Source of the DNA: Tubiluchus corallicola
Taxonomy: Eukaryota > Animalia > Priapulida
Assembly (NCBI GenBank): GCA_030141605.1
Contig: JAQGDQ010000166.1
Location: forward strand, 378,570-442,569
Length of the DNA stretch: 64,000 nucleotides
Reading direction: 5' to 3'
The position numbers and the translations under genes are program-made. Below are positions 1-11,858 of the stretch, in pieces. Numbering within the stretch: the stretch's first letter is position 1; every line of letters begins with the position of its first letter. The notes beneath the pieces are model-generated. The model was not told the origin of the DNA. It did no database searches and was given only the letters and a program-made list of their open reading frames with translations.

Positions 1-925
1 ACAAATGAACTAGGTAAGGTTCTAGCTAGCTGGTAAAATTGTTACTATTACAACAGCATGGTCTGCCAGGCGTTGTCAAGCGTACACAAATGCGTTGTCT
101 GGTACACTTAACCTTTGATCTTTTCACGATCATCATCAATCGCTGGCACCGTAGAAACGCTTATTGAAATCCATTGTTCCGTGGCCTACAAAAGAGACCA
201 ATACAAACAATTTTTGCTGAGCAGACAAATTATTGATATTATCATGCTAGCTATTTAAGAGTGGGCGTGCCAAGATAGCTGTGCGCCCCCTCCCCACACT
301 CATTAGTCACGTAAGAAAAGGGATAAACTTTCGCGGCCTATTGTCGGCTCTGCACTACTAACTCAATACTAACAGTTCAATACGAAATAAGAAATTTAGT
401 ACTAACACCCCAGTTAAAGGAAAGATCAAGCCTTCTAGGAGGTTAGGCTTATATCAATGTTCGCGAAAAATGTTAGAAAGATTTGGTAATAAAACCGCAA
501 TAAGCGCCTCGTGTAATCAGTAAAATCACTTTAAAGTCGTGATCACTTCATGCTTGGGCGCTCCCATTTTCAATACCATTTCTTCTTCCAATGACGTCAT
601 TCGTCTTCAAGAAAAGTAGCGCACTGTCAATCTTCATCAAAAGCATAGTAAATTTTTACAAATTTTTACATAACTAATTTCGTAATATTTTCGCGTGAAT
701 ATTAGGTAAACTGCAGAAGTTTGAGTTAGTTTATGCAGCTCGCGAATACTCCCAGTTACGTCATAATCTTCAAGTGAGTGGCGGCAACGACCATGACCGA
801 AAATCTCTATTCAGGGATAGTGCGTTTTAAATTTATGTTCTATAGGCAGTTCTTTGCATATTTCTATGTTGCAAAGATTAAGGTAGATATCTTCCAACAA
901 CAAATTTCTTTGGTAGATTTGGTAG

Positions 926-1580
<655 letters not shown>

Positions 1581-1785
1581 CACGTGTGCGTTTACACATA
1601 TATTGAGTTTTAATACGTAGCTTATTTTTACATGTATTAGTGCACTCTTACCCTGCAAATGGAGGGTTTTGAATTATTTTATTTTGAAAATAAATCGGAT
1701 TTAATAAATAAATTTTTATATTTTTCTAAATTTAAGTGACAACAGTAAAATAAACCCGATAAACTGAGTGACTTGTTTTTTTTCT

Positions 1786-2435
1786 TTAAGGCACAAGAAA
1801 ACCCTCCACTTACATAAAGCTTAAAAAATTCGTCTTGAAATTTTATACCACTTACATACTGCCTTTTTGCATGCAGGGCTTGCGTCGGCAACATAAAACT
1901 TGTAAATTTAAACTCCCGCGATGACCGTTTGGCGCAGCCATTTTAAAGGTAAGTCGTTTGAAACAAGTTTTGATAACATTAAGTAAGTTTGAAAAAATAA
2001 TCAGAGCATTCGTAGCATACATGTTACTAATCAAGTAAAATTTTAAATTACTGTATCTTGTCAATAGGATTAAGAATACGTTTTTGGCTAGTGAGTGGCG
2101 CACTCTGGAGGGTGGGTCAGCGAGATTTTTCCAATTGGCACAAACATTTTAAATTATTATTTATAGTTACATAAATCTTTCCAGCAGATAAGTGAAATGT
2201 TAAGTAATATAGATTTGCACGCAAAGTTTTTTGGTCATAATTTAACATTGCCTTTTCTTCCCCTGATTTACGTGGCGCAGTGACGTCACGTAATGGTGCC
2301 GTCGGAACAGTATTACTGGAGATTTAAAATGTAAACAAACGAAAATTGTTTTCAACGCAAGCATGATATGTGCATAAAATTGCCATAAAGTAGTTCTGAA
2401 ATCCAACCAAAGGTACCCCTTTTCTTGTCCTTTAA
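1786..2435. mobile_element. Kolobok-like MITE family B (about 600-680 bp). Other copies: about 7015-7445, 19825-20423, about 33475-34315, 37765-38444, about 52410-53296, 61543-62126
   Basis: TTAA flanks with short TIR AG(G/C)ACAAGAAAA...TTTTCTTGT(C/G)CT; multiple homologous copies. Confidence 0.8.
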
Positions 2436-3833
2436 CAATCTTACTGAGCACGCCGCCTGGGCAAGTTTTTAGCTAGGTATTCTGTAATTACAATGAAGAA
2501 TATTCACCTGCATAGTTTAGTTGATATTAAACTGACACAGGATATAGCAGCATTATCAAGCTTGTCACTCCCACGGAATGGAGTCAGTTTCTGTGATACT
2601 AATTGCATTAATTACCCGTTAATTGATATGCAAACGATCCGTCTCTCGAGTAATTAGCGTCTATTGTACGGAACTGCTTTGATTTTACAAAAGCTTGAAA
2701 GGACCTCGTATTATGAGACACAAATTCGCAGTTTGTCTTTGTGTAACCTGTCAGGAAAATCTGTGAAGCCATTGAAGCCATTTAATCACTACGGTTATGA
2801 AGACTTTTGAAAAGGGCAGAAAAAAATGCAGGGCTCAGAAGAGTTATTTAGGTTAGGGTAGACATAAATCAGTGTGAGAATAGGTGCACAGTGACAGCCC
2901 TTAGTTATACCCCTCTAAAAAGGGTCTTATTCTCGAGAACGAAAAGAAAACTACGTTTGTTTGCTCTTGAAATGTGGGATTTAGTGTTATTAGAATGATC
3001 GTTTTTTTTGTATCTAAACAAAGTTCACGAAAAGCATATTATTAGTCGTGGCTAGAGATAAATAAAAGCAAAAAACGAATGATTAAAACATCATGATACA
3101 AATACTTATTCACAACAATTGTACAATGTTAGACGACATGTTGAAATACATTTATAAATGTGTTAGACGTTATATTGAGTTACAGTCATAAATGTTAGTA
3201 CTAATTTCTCTATATATTTATGCACAGTTTCATAAAATATAAATACTTTCTTAATTGCCTATACATTAACTACAAATTAGTTATCAACATGTTAGAAATT
3301 TTTATTACATGAGAAAAAACGCTATTCCAACCATTTCGTGCGCCACACAAGTTTTTCCCAAGGATCAACTTCCTGCCTAAAGTCTTTTACTGTCATATAC
3401 ATTTACATAATTACGTAGTTAATGAGGTGATGACAGTAGTGATTCACTTGGCTTTAAAGTTATTCATTACAATTAAGCTACAGAAGTTTACGTTCCTACT
3501 ATACATGGAATACTTCTTAACTAGCTTTAAGTAGAACGATTGTCCAACTATAAAAATTGTTTCCGACAACATTACATTATTTACATACAGATTTTTGTTG
3601 ACTTTCAGATGACCATGCAAACTTACGAGTATGTAGCATATAGGTGCGGGGCGGGTTTATCTAGTTTACTGAGTTCAGTTTTAGCTTGTTAAAATGATAA
3701 TTTTGTTACTTTGTCAAGGTAAATTCCAGGCTATTATACTACCTTCAGAAATTTTTTGGGGATAGGACAATTTATTCCATTATACTCTCCCTGCTATTAG
3801 GGAGGGTAAAAAACGTCAGTGTGGGAAAAGGAT

Positions 3834-4334
3834 CAGTGGCGGCTCGTGTATAGGTAGTGCGGAACTGCAGCATTCCTTATTTTCACGCAATATTATCGAT
3901 AATATTCAATATAATAAGTCTTTTTTCTTTAGTTCTTTCTTTATACTTGTACGGAACTAGAGCATGTGAGGGTAGTACTGTTTGCTTCATAGCCCGGCAC
4001 TGCGGTGTATGACTATTGTGCGCATGTGGCAATGCGCACATGTCTGAGCCCAGGCAGAGAATGTAATGTCGCTCGTACAGTTTGCTGTCAGTTGTCCCGT
4101 GCTTACCGTGAATGGATCAAGCTTGAACTGCGATAATTTAGGCTATTAGCGAGCAAAAAATCTTTTTGTTTACAATTTTATCAAGCTTATGTATAAACTT
4201 TTGCATATGTTTGTTTAAGATTACAAATTACAACGTTAAAATTACATGTTTGTTTCGTTCACACAGTACTAAAACAATGGCTAAAAATTTTCAGAAGCAG
4301 CACCCCAACTAATTTTAGCTACGAGCTGCTACTG
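3834..4334. mobile_element. hAT-like MITE
   Basis: TIR CAGTGGCGGCTCGT ... ACGAGCTGCTACTG; TSD not evident. Confidence 0.55.
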
Positions 4335-4540
4335 ATGGTATATACAAAGACTGGCCTAAATTTCAACTGAACATTTTCACACCAAATCAAAATGTGATTT
4401 CAGTTTTTTCAGGATAAAGTTGAATTTCCTAATAAGTTGCAAGAATAGGGAAAGAAAAAATGTACAAATAACGTAACAGAGAGTTGACTATACAGCCCTG
4501 TATCAAATTCATGAATCACAAGTATTGCTGATGTTTTGAG

Positions 4541-6216
4541 TTAGAAATATCGTTGTTCTTTGCATAACCTTTCCAATATTTCCCATCCTTTACTGGGTTT
4601 CTTATGATACTTCCTTGTCCAGGCATCGAGTAACAAATTGCTGTAACGCTTTTGCTCAAAATATCTAAGATATTTATGAGACGTTGGACTAGGAAAGATT
4701 CGCTGAAAACCTCCTCGTCTCTGGTACTCATCCTCTGCTTCTACTAATTCACGTACATCAGCTGGTGTAAGATCGTCTAGAATGTGAGATTCTATTTCCT
4801 CTTCTGACGCGTTAGTTGTAAAGTGGAGACGCTTTAAATGTTCGTGTGGCATGAGAGTTGAACTAGATAATGGCTTTGGTAACGTGGGTCCTACGATGTG
4901 CTCAAAAGAGTTCGAGAAATTACTATTTACAGTTTTGCTCACACGAATTCTCGGTGTTTCTGGCAAACGATATCCAGCTAAATTGAGTCGGTCTTGCAAC
5001 ATCTCTCCGATATTATCATCTCCAAATGCAGCAAAGGTGTTAGCTTCCAACAACCATGGTTTCAGTTGGTCATCTAAGATAATATCGTGTCCAAATAGTT
5101 CATTGCAACAATAAGGGCTCTTACCGTGGGCGTTCATCATATTGTACAAAACTTTTTCACCAGCAATAAACTGTTTTACAACTAAATCTTGGATTCGTTG
5201 CCAAATAAGCTTGGTATCGATGCCCTTTTGATTTAAATAACGCCAAAGATCTTGCAAACTTGCACGTGTTTTGAAAAGTCGTATTTCGGACTTTTCTTTT
5301 GAATGAATACATTGGTAATATGAATGGATTTGTCATATAATGAATTAGTGGAATATTTTTCCGTAGCAATTCTGACAACTCCGAGCTCGTGTATATAAAT
5401 CCTTAACGGATCTAGCGATGAAACGTAAACAAATACTCTCAAATCGACTTTAAAGCCATCGAGAAGATATGGCTTTGATATATAATCTTGTATTACTATT
5501 TCTGCGTTTGGTAACTGGATCGTGGAGTTGATGACTTCAATACCAGTGCCTCTCCCTCTGTTCCACGGTTTATAAATCCACAATCCTGGATTTTTCTGGT
5601 TGCCATAGTACTCGTAAAATTCAAACAATTCTTCTGGTAATATGAAAGTCTGTGGGACAAAATCGAATTCTTCTTGTCCGTGTTTTGAGATCAGAGTTTT
5701 CATGTTTCTCCATAAAGTATATTTTTGCATGGCTTCCTCCTGGGAGCCTGGGAGCTGGTTAAATTTCCCTCCTTCGTGGAGGACCGGCATTGTTTTATTG
5801 GACAACATGCTATTGTAAGCGATCCAGTCAGGACTGTCTGTGAATTGGAAATTCGAAAGCAGTAGCATCCTTTTTAAGTATTGTATATCTGCACTGCCAC
5901 CCTTTGCAATAAATTTCCATTTGAGTTTTTTCTTCAAATAGCTTGGCAATTCCTGAACTATTTGCCCATACAACCCGAAATTGATGACAGATGGAACGTT
6001 TGAAAAAATACTTGGGATGACCGCTGGAAGTGTCCGAACACATGATGCGTCTGTGTCGTTTTGCTGTCCATTCAGTGTGAGCCAGTGACTAATAGACGAC
6101 CGGTCGACAAGAAGTTCCACATTTTGTCCAGCTGTAATTGTTAACTGTCGCTTTAACAGCAATAAAATAATCAGTATAGGCAAAAAACGTAACTGTGGCA
6201 TTGAAGAAAGACTCAT
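4541..6216 (-). CDS. TTLL4-like tubulin polyglutamylase (ATP-grasp), intronless, N-terminal hydrophobic signal, split by a 1-nt frameshift near 5260 (pseudogene or assembly error)
   Basis: ORFs 5233..6228 and 4541..5257 together give TTL-family motifs in order: PSIFSNVPSVINF, LKWK, FVPQTFILP, WIYKPWNRGRGTGI, IQDYISKPYLL, KVDLRVFV, HITN, ELFGHDIILDDQLKPWLLEAN, RRGGFQRIFP. Adding one A in GTGCAAGTTTG gives KHVQ-SLQDLWRYL. First ATG is at 6216, with an acceptor TGTTGCAG just upstream (exon start 6261). Confidence 0.85.
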
Positions 6217-6282
6217 TTTATCACACAATAATTTTATTTTGTTAACACACTTTTGTTAGACCTGCAACACAAAGGTCTCATA

Positions 6283-6997
6283 CAGTAGGCGCCGTTCATT
6301 AGACTCACGGTGAATAGACTCAATCTCTTAATTGACTCAAAAACACTTGGAACGCTCCTCTTCAAATGTATATAAAACCAACGCCACTTGACTCAAATAA
6401 CTCTGCATAGTTGACTTAATATTTTTATTCAAACACTTGTCTGTGACCAAAGAGCTTTTACTGCTTTTATGGCATGTTCACCTTGATTTTGCACACTGTA
6501 ATTTACGTAGAAACAGTCATGTTAAGTACAGCTTTGTCTGTAAGCAGGTACAGTATGTTTATCATATGCATTAATAGCTTAGTAATGCAGTTTTGATGAC
6601 TAGGTGTCTTGCTTGAATATGTGCAGCAAACAGCAACACGTTTTCAATGTTTTTAACACTATGAGAATTACATGAAACAACTTCTTCGTGAAGAAATGAA
6701 ACAACCGACCTTGCATGAATTTTTGTGATTTTTGGTGGTAATAATCAGATTTTTGCGATTTTTTTTATCTTTTATTAATCCACTTACATAAATTATGCTT
6801 TTTAAATAATTGCACACGGGTTTTTTTAACATTAATTCAATTCTAAAATTCATTTAAAGCTTTTGCAATGCATATTAATGTGATGACTCATACTTGTATA
6901 GTAGTAATAGGCTACACCCTTTGACTAATTGAATCGGTCATTTAAATGGGTTAAAACACTTCCGTCCCAAAGTGAGTCTATTAAGAGGCGCCTACTG
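6283..6997. mobile_element. Tc1/mariner (pogo-like) MITE
   Basis: TA|CAGTAGGCGCC..TTAGACTCAC ... GTGAGTCTATTAAGAGGCGCCTACTG. Confidence 0.75.
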
Positions 6998-7452
6998 CAT
7001 ATCATAAAGAATTTTTCATACAAAGTTATACTGCTTAGCATTACGTTTACCTGCTAGGACTTACGTAACTGAAAAAGGAAATACTTAATAATTTAAAACA
7101 TTCACGCCACCTGGTAAAACGAACTGCGTCGCCATCCCAGTGTGCACCACTGATTCACCAAAAACACGTTATTGATCTTACTGACAATATAAAGTAATTA
7201 GTTAGCAAAGAGTGTACTACGAATACTCGGATTTTTTGTCAAACTTTACTCAATGTTATCTTATTTACTCAAACTTATTTCAAATGACTTACCATTAAAA
7301 TGGCTGCACCTAACGATCGTCGCGGGAGTTTAAATTTACAAGTTCTATACAGCGTTACTCCTAACCAAGCCCTGTATGTAATAAGATGGCATATAGGCGA
7401 AATAAAGTTTCATGACGAATCTTTTTAACTTTGTTTATGAAAAACGTTTTTT

Positions 7453-7768
7453 TCTATTATTATCATTGACAAATTTTAGTTTTCATCAATCATATTAGAA
7501 TTTATTGGATTAATCATGTCGTATTAAAATTAGATTAGGATCAGCATTGGATTAGAATTAATCGTATCAGAATTTAGAATTAATCGTACCAAAAACTATA
7601 GCGCTAGTGGCTAGGATTTTTTGACGTTTTGTGTGCATAGCTTTTGCCACGATTAATTCTAAATTCTGATATGATTAATCCTAATCTTGGGCTAATCTTA
7701 AACTAATCCTAATCTAATTCTAATACGATTAATCATAAATAAAATTTATCAATGATCAATAATAGAAA
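7453..7768. repeat. Palindromic MITE-like element
   Basis: TCTATTATTATCATTGACAAATTTTA vs TAAAATTTATCAATGATCAATAATAGAA; internal AATTAGATTAGGAT / ATCCTAATCTAATT. Confidence 0.65.
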
Positions 7769-7793
7769 TCTTCACTTCATAAGTTTCACTAAT

Positions 7794-8132
7794 TGTAGTT
7801 GTTGGCATCCTTCTGTCTTCAGAAGACAATGGAGTGTGCTCCAAGAGAGTCAGTTATTGATCACATTGATGGAGCTGCCGCGTCGACTGTGGCTTCACTC
7901 CTGATTTGAAAGGTTTACTCCTCTACACATGGCCGTTGGGTCACATGACCCCCTCCGCCCTCTAGTCGTTGGCTGCTTATGCAGTTCCTCCGTCTAGCGT
8001 CGAGATACAGTGTGGGCATCCCGCAAGCCTACAGCACCTGGTATTCCTAGCACCCATCCAAGTACTAACTCTACGTTGCTTAACTTCGGTGACCAGACAA
8101 GAACCGGTGCTTTCAACGTGATATGGTCGTAG
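7794..8132 (-). mobile_element. 5S-headed SINE (SINE3-type) with RTE-like 3' tail
   Basis: 5S head, about 230-nt body ending CTTGGAGCACACTCCATTGTCTTCTGAAGACAGAAGGATGCC-AACAACTACA; direct repeat TAAGTTTCACTAAT at 7780-7793 and 8152-8165. Confidence 0.65.
8026..8132 (-). pseudogene. 5S rRNA-derived sequence with internal deletions (head of a SINE)
   Basis: Minus strand CTACGACCATATCACGTTGAAAGCACCGGTTC...GAAGTTAAGCAACGT...TTAGTACTTGGATGGG...GGAATACCAGGTGCTGTAGGCT; about 107 nt; no T-run terminator. Confidence 0.85.
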
Positions 8133-8199
8133 TAATATTCACTAATAATAGTAAGTTTCACTAATAAACACTTCATAAGCATGGTACCATCATTACACA

Positions 8200-8929
8200 T
8201 CGTATATATTAATTCTACTGGTGTACATATATACGACCGCGGCACCATTTGCGGCGATCTATACATCAAACGAAAGGTCTCGATCTAGTGTCGTACCATT
8301 GGGGGTTTATTTTTCGAATCGGGCCCACCGCGAGGAACGGAGGGCGAAAAACCTCCAAAAATAGCCATTTTTCGGCCGTTTTTTGCAAAACTTATACCTC
8401 TTATTTCTGAAGAACAGGAACGGGCCGGGGACGGTGCCGGCCACGGATAGATAGCCCGCTCAGCGGTGTGTCATAGGCGTATTTACAATTCGCGAGAGGG
8501 CCACGGCGTCCCGCGACGGACGTTTTCCCGGACCCAACTCGCGATTTTTTCGAAATTGTGACCAAACAGCATGCGGAAAAAATGTTCTAGCGGCGCCTGG
8601 TGGGACTCTCGAAAGGAGATATATGGCTCTTCAGAAAGAGAAAGAACAGGGCTACACGATGATGTGGGCCATGGTTTCGTACACGTCCACCAAGAGGAGT
8701 GCTGACGAGTTAATTAGATGTTCTATTTTTGGCAATTTTCGCTTGGAAACCTGCCAACGCAAAGCCATTGTTCTGACGTCAGCCATTATACCCTGCTTAT
8801 AACCTTATAACTTTAATTCAGTAAAAGTTGCTGCTGGCTTTGCCTTGTAAATGAGGACTATGTAGGATGTTTGCGTATTATTGATTATAAGTGGATTTAT
8901 ACGCAAACTTTTTGCGGGGCCTTTGCTAG
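8200..8929 (+). mobile_element. Non-autonomous Helitron-like element, copy 1
   Basis: Starts A|TCGTATATATT, ends GCTAG|T; no TIR or TSD; homologous to 12631-13418. Confidence 0.6.
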
Positions 8930-9249
8930 TGCATAATTAATTCAAATAATGTCCACGTGAAACAATTGCAGTTACTGAACTGACGTTGCAGATGGTTTTT
9001 CTTTGTACGCATGTCACGTGACGGTTGTAGTTACGACGCGTTGCTGTGGTACACTTACCCTTTGACGTACAGCAAATGCGCATGCGCACAACGACACTGT
9101 GAAAAGGCTTGTATCACGAATAAACACTGAACAATCAGTTGAAACATAGCAATATAGCAATACCATTAAACAAACCAATGAAATAATCTATTTCCAGCTA
9201 CATAATATTACATACTACATAATACAGTATTAGTATCAACGTAGCTTAG

Positions 9250-10171
9250 TTACCAGTTAAAGTATCTGTCGATTAGCTGATAAAACTTTTCATTTTTTAC
9301 ACGATAAAATTTTCTCAGTTTGTCCAAAACGTTTTCTGAAACATTGAGATGGGGGCGACCTTTGGCGCTGGACAAGCACCTCTTCTGTTCTCCCCGTTTA
9401 GAACAGTAAAACCCCTTTGTCTCGTTGAAGTAAACGTTATCCTTCGTAACAAAGTGCTCAATACCCAAGAAACGTTCAGTCTTTATTTTTAATCAGTTCG
9501 TCACCGTCGGCAATGTGAATTTGTTCTGGCGAAAAATATCACAACCAACGTTTCAGGTGTTTGTAGTAACAACCCCAGTCCAAAGTTCTGCTCAGTAATG
9601 AAGCGTAACGTTCATCTAGAACGAACTCTTCAACGTTCCAGGAACTCTGTCTTTGAACTCCGGCAGAACTGAACTGCAAAAACGCCGACACGGTTCTTAC
9701 GACTGGATCTCTTACAATCAAAACAAGCTTGACGCCGGAATTCATTTCCCGTATCCGAGAAGGTGCTTGTTTGCTAGCAAAATAGTTTGGATCTTTCTCA
9801 ATAGTGATCTGATCAGGAGACGACAGTGGCATACTACTACGGTACCACTCTAACCCGTTACGGTAATTTTCTTTTTTATTGAAAAATTTTAATTCTCTTT
9901 TTGTGACTTTTATCTTTGGGTGAAGACTAAGGAAATCTAATAGTGCCCTTGTTCCACATTTTTGAGCACCAATTATGATACAATGAGGCAAGCGACGTTT
10001 AAAAGACACACAGCTGCCACTAAACATTTCTGCAGGTATCTTTCCAAGCATCACTGCCATGGTTCTGATTGGCTGTAGTTTGAATGACGTCATCAACAGA
10101 ACAGAAACCAGTAAGCCAATCATTATCAGGCTGCGTTTGATATAGCGCATTGTTGTTCCGGATAGCATCAT
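9250..10171 (-). pseudogene. Heparan sulfate glucosamine 3-O-sulfotransferase (HS3ST1/5-like), intronless, disrupted
   Basis: N-terminal signal anchor, PAPS-binding GAQKCGTRAL and LIVRDPVVRTVS, C-terminal YFNETKGFYC...CLSSAKGRPH. In-frame TGA at 9541-9539 is followed by YFSPEQIHIADGDELIKN, then a frameshifting deletion near 9484 before KTERFLG. Confidence 0.85.
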
Positions 10172-10329
10172 TGTTGAACTCTCAATTGTCTAAATATTTT
10201 GATTTGCAACTGTGAAAAAAATATCGTAATTGATTTAAAAAGCCACATAAATTATTACTTCATGAATTAATGAATTACTTCATTATAAATTCATATATTA
10301 TAAATTCATATTATAAATTACATTCCAGT

Positions 10330-11053
10330 GAATGCAGAAAAGTTTGGTGCAAGTAAGTTTGGTGCAAGTAAGTTTGCTACAGGTAAGTTTGCTGCAGGCA
10401 AGTTTGCTACAGGTAATTTTGGTAAGAGGAAATTTTGGTACCAAGAAAGTTTTGTACTAGAAATTTTTGGCACAGGGAAAATATGGTACGGGGAAATGTT
10501 TGGTACCAAATTGTCTAGCACTAAGAAATATTGTTAAACGGAAGTTTTGGTACTAGGAAAATGTGGTACAAGGAAAATTTTGTACTAGGAAAATTCGGCA
10601 CGGAAGATTTAGTACTAAACGAAAAAGAAAGCATTTCTATATCTCATTGTATAATAATTATTTCAACTAGAAAATAAAGAAGTTTATTCAATAGGGAGGA
10701 AATCTGCTATTGGGAAAGTGTGGTTTATTTAAAACATTACACCGTAATAAATAGTGCATGACAGCTAAAATGTTATCTGTGGTTATCCCGTCCATGCAGG
10801 TACGTTTGAGAATTCTGTCAGCAAAAAATGAAATATTTATTTGTACCAAAAATGCTTGGCCAAACTTTCCTGTACCTGTGCCAAACTTGCCTGTGCCAAA
10901 CTTGCCTTTACCAAACTTGCCTGTACGAAACTTGCCTGTACGAAACTTGCCTGTACGAAACTTGCCTTTACCAAACTTGCCTTTACCAAACTTGCCTGTA
11001 CCAAACTTGCCTGTACCAAACTTGTCTGTACCTGTGCCAAACTTACCATGCTC
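10330..11053. mobile_element. Foldback/Mutator-like element with arms made of 15-bp repeats
   Basis: 9-bp TSD CATTCCAGT (10321-10329 and 11054-11062); left arm (AAGTTTGCTACAGGT)n is the reverse complement of right arm (ACCAAACTTGCCTGT)n. Confidence 0.8.
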
Positions 11054-11651
11054 CATTCCAGTCATTGGACTTTTAATCCAAAAGCAGGAATTACACACAG
11101 AAAAACAAATGTACACAATAACACATAAAAATATCATGTACAATGTTAACACACAAACATATCATGTATCAATGCAATGTTATAAGTTAACTTCAATATT
11201 ATAAAAAATGAATATTGTCTAAAAATTTTGCAATGATAATGAAAAGGAAGGGCGGAATTTGATAGTCTAAAGGAGGAGAAGCGCTGAAGGTTCGAGGTTC
11301 CTAAATTACCCTTTCTTTAGTAACAAAATCTGAAAAGCGTGAGTAAACAGAGAAACATATTTATATGCAGAACACCGCACTTACTTGTGTTTTAACCTGC
11401 TGAAAAAGAGAAACAGTTAATTGAAATGCTAACGTATATATTTTACAATACTTACATACACAAACATTAACAACATTAGCAACAAACAAACAATATTAAT
11501 TGACACAAGCATAAGCATTCATCAAAACTAATCTATTAGTAAGCCGTCTAACGGTGGTAAAGTTCTGTGTGCTCTAAAACACAGTATTTAGAGATTGCCA
11601 ACGATTTAGTTTGGCAGAAGGCTTCTATAACCTACGATATTCATAACCGAA

Positions 11652-11858
11652 CTGAACTGCACAGATCCACAAAGCCAAGCTAGAAACACAGCCAAGTTAA
11701 GAGCTGAACTGCACAGATCCACAAAGCCAAGCTAGAAACACAGGCAAGTTAAGAACTGAACTGCACAGATCCACAAAGCCAAGCTAGAAACACAGGCAAG
11801 TTAAGAGCTGAACTGCACAGATCCACAAATCCAAGCTAGAAACACAGGCAAGTTAAGT
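11652..11858. repeat. 52-bp tandem repeat x4
   Basis: CTGAACTGCACAGATCCACAAAGCCAAGCTAGAAACACAGGCAAGTTAAG. Confidence 0.92.

Noticed and set aside
5255-5335. Programmed -1 ribosomal frameshift in the TTLL gene
   Set aside because: No in-frame X XXY YYZ heptamer in the overlap; a 1-nt deletion explains it more simply.
8026-8132. Functional 5S rRNA gene
   Set aside because: Internal deletions, missing 5' bases, no oligo-T terminator, and it runs into a retroposon-like body.
9539-9541. Selenocysteine or readthrough at the sulfotransferase TGA
   Set aside because: The position corresponds to a non-catalytic Arg/Lys-type residue, and a frameshifting deletion follows about 55 nt later.
10688-11204. 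Pentapeptide-repeat proteins (GKFGT / PNLPV ORFs)
   Set aside because: They are translations of the 15-bp arm of a TSD-bounded foldback element.
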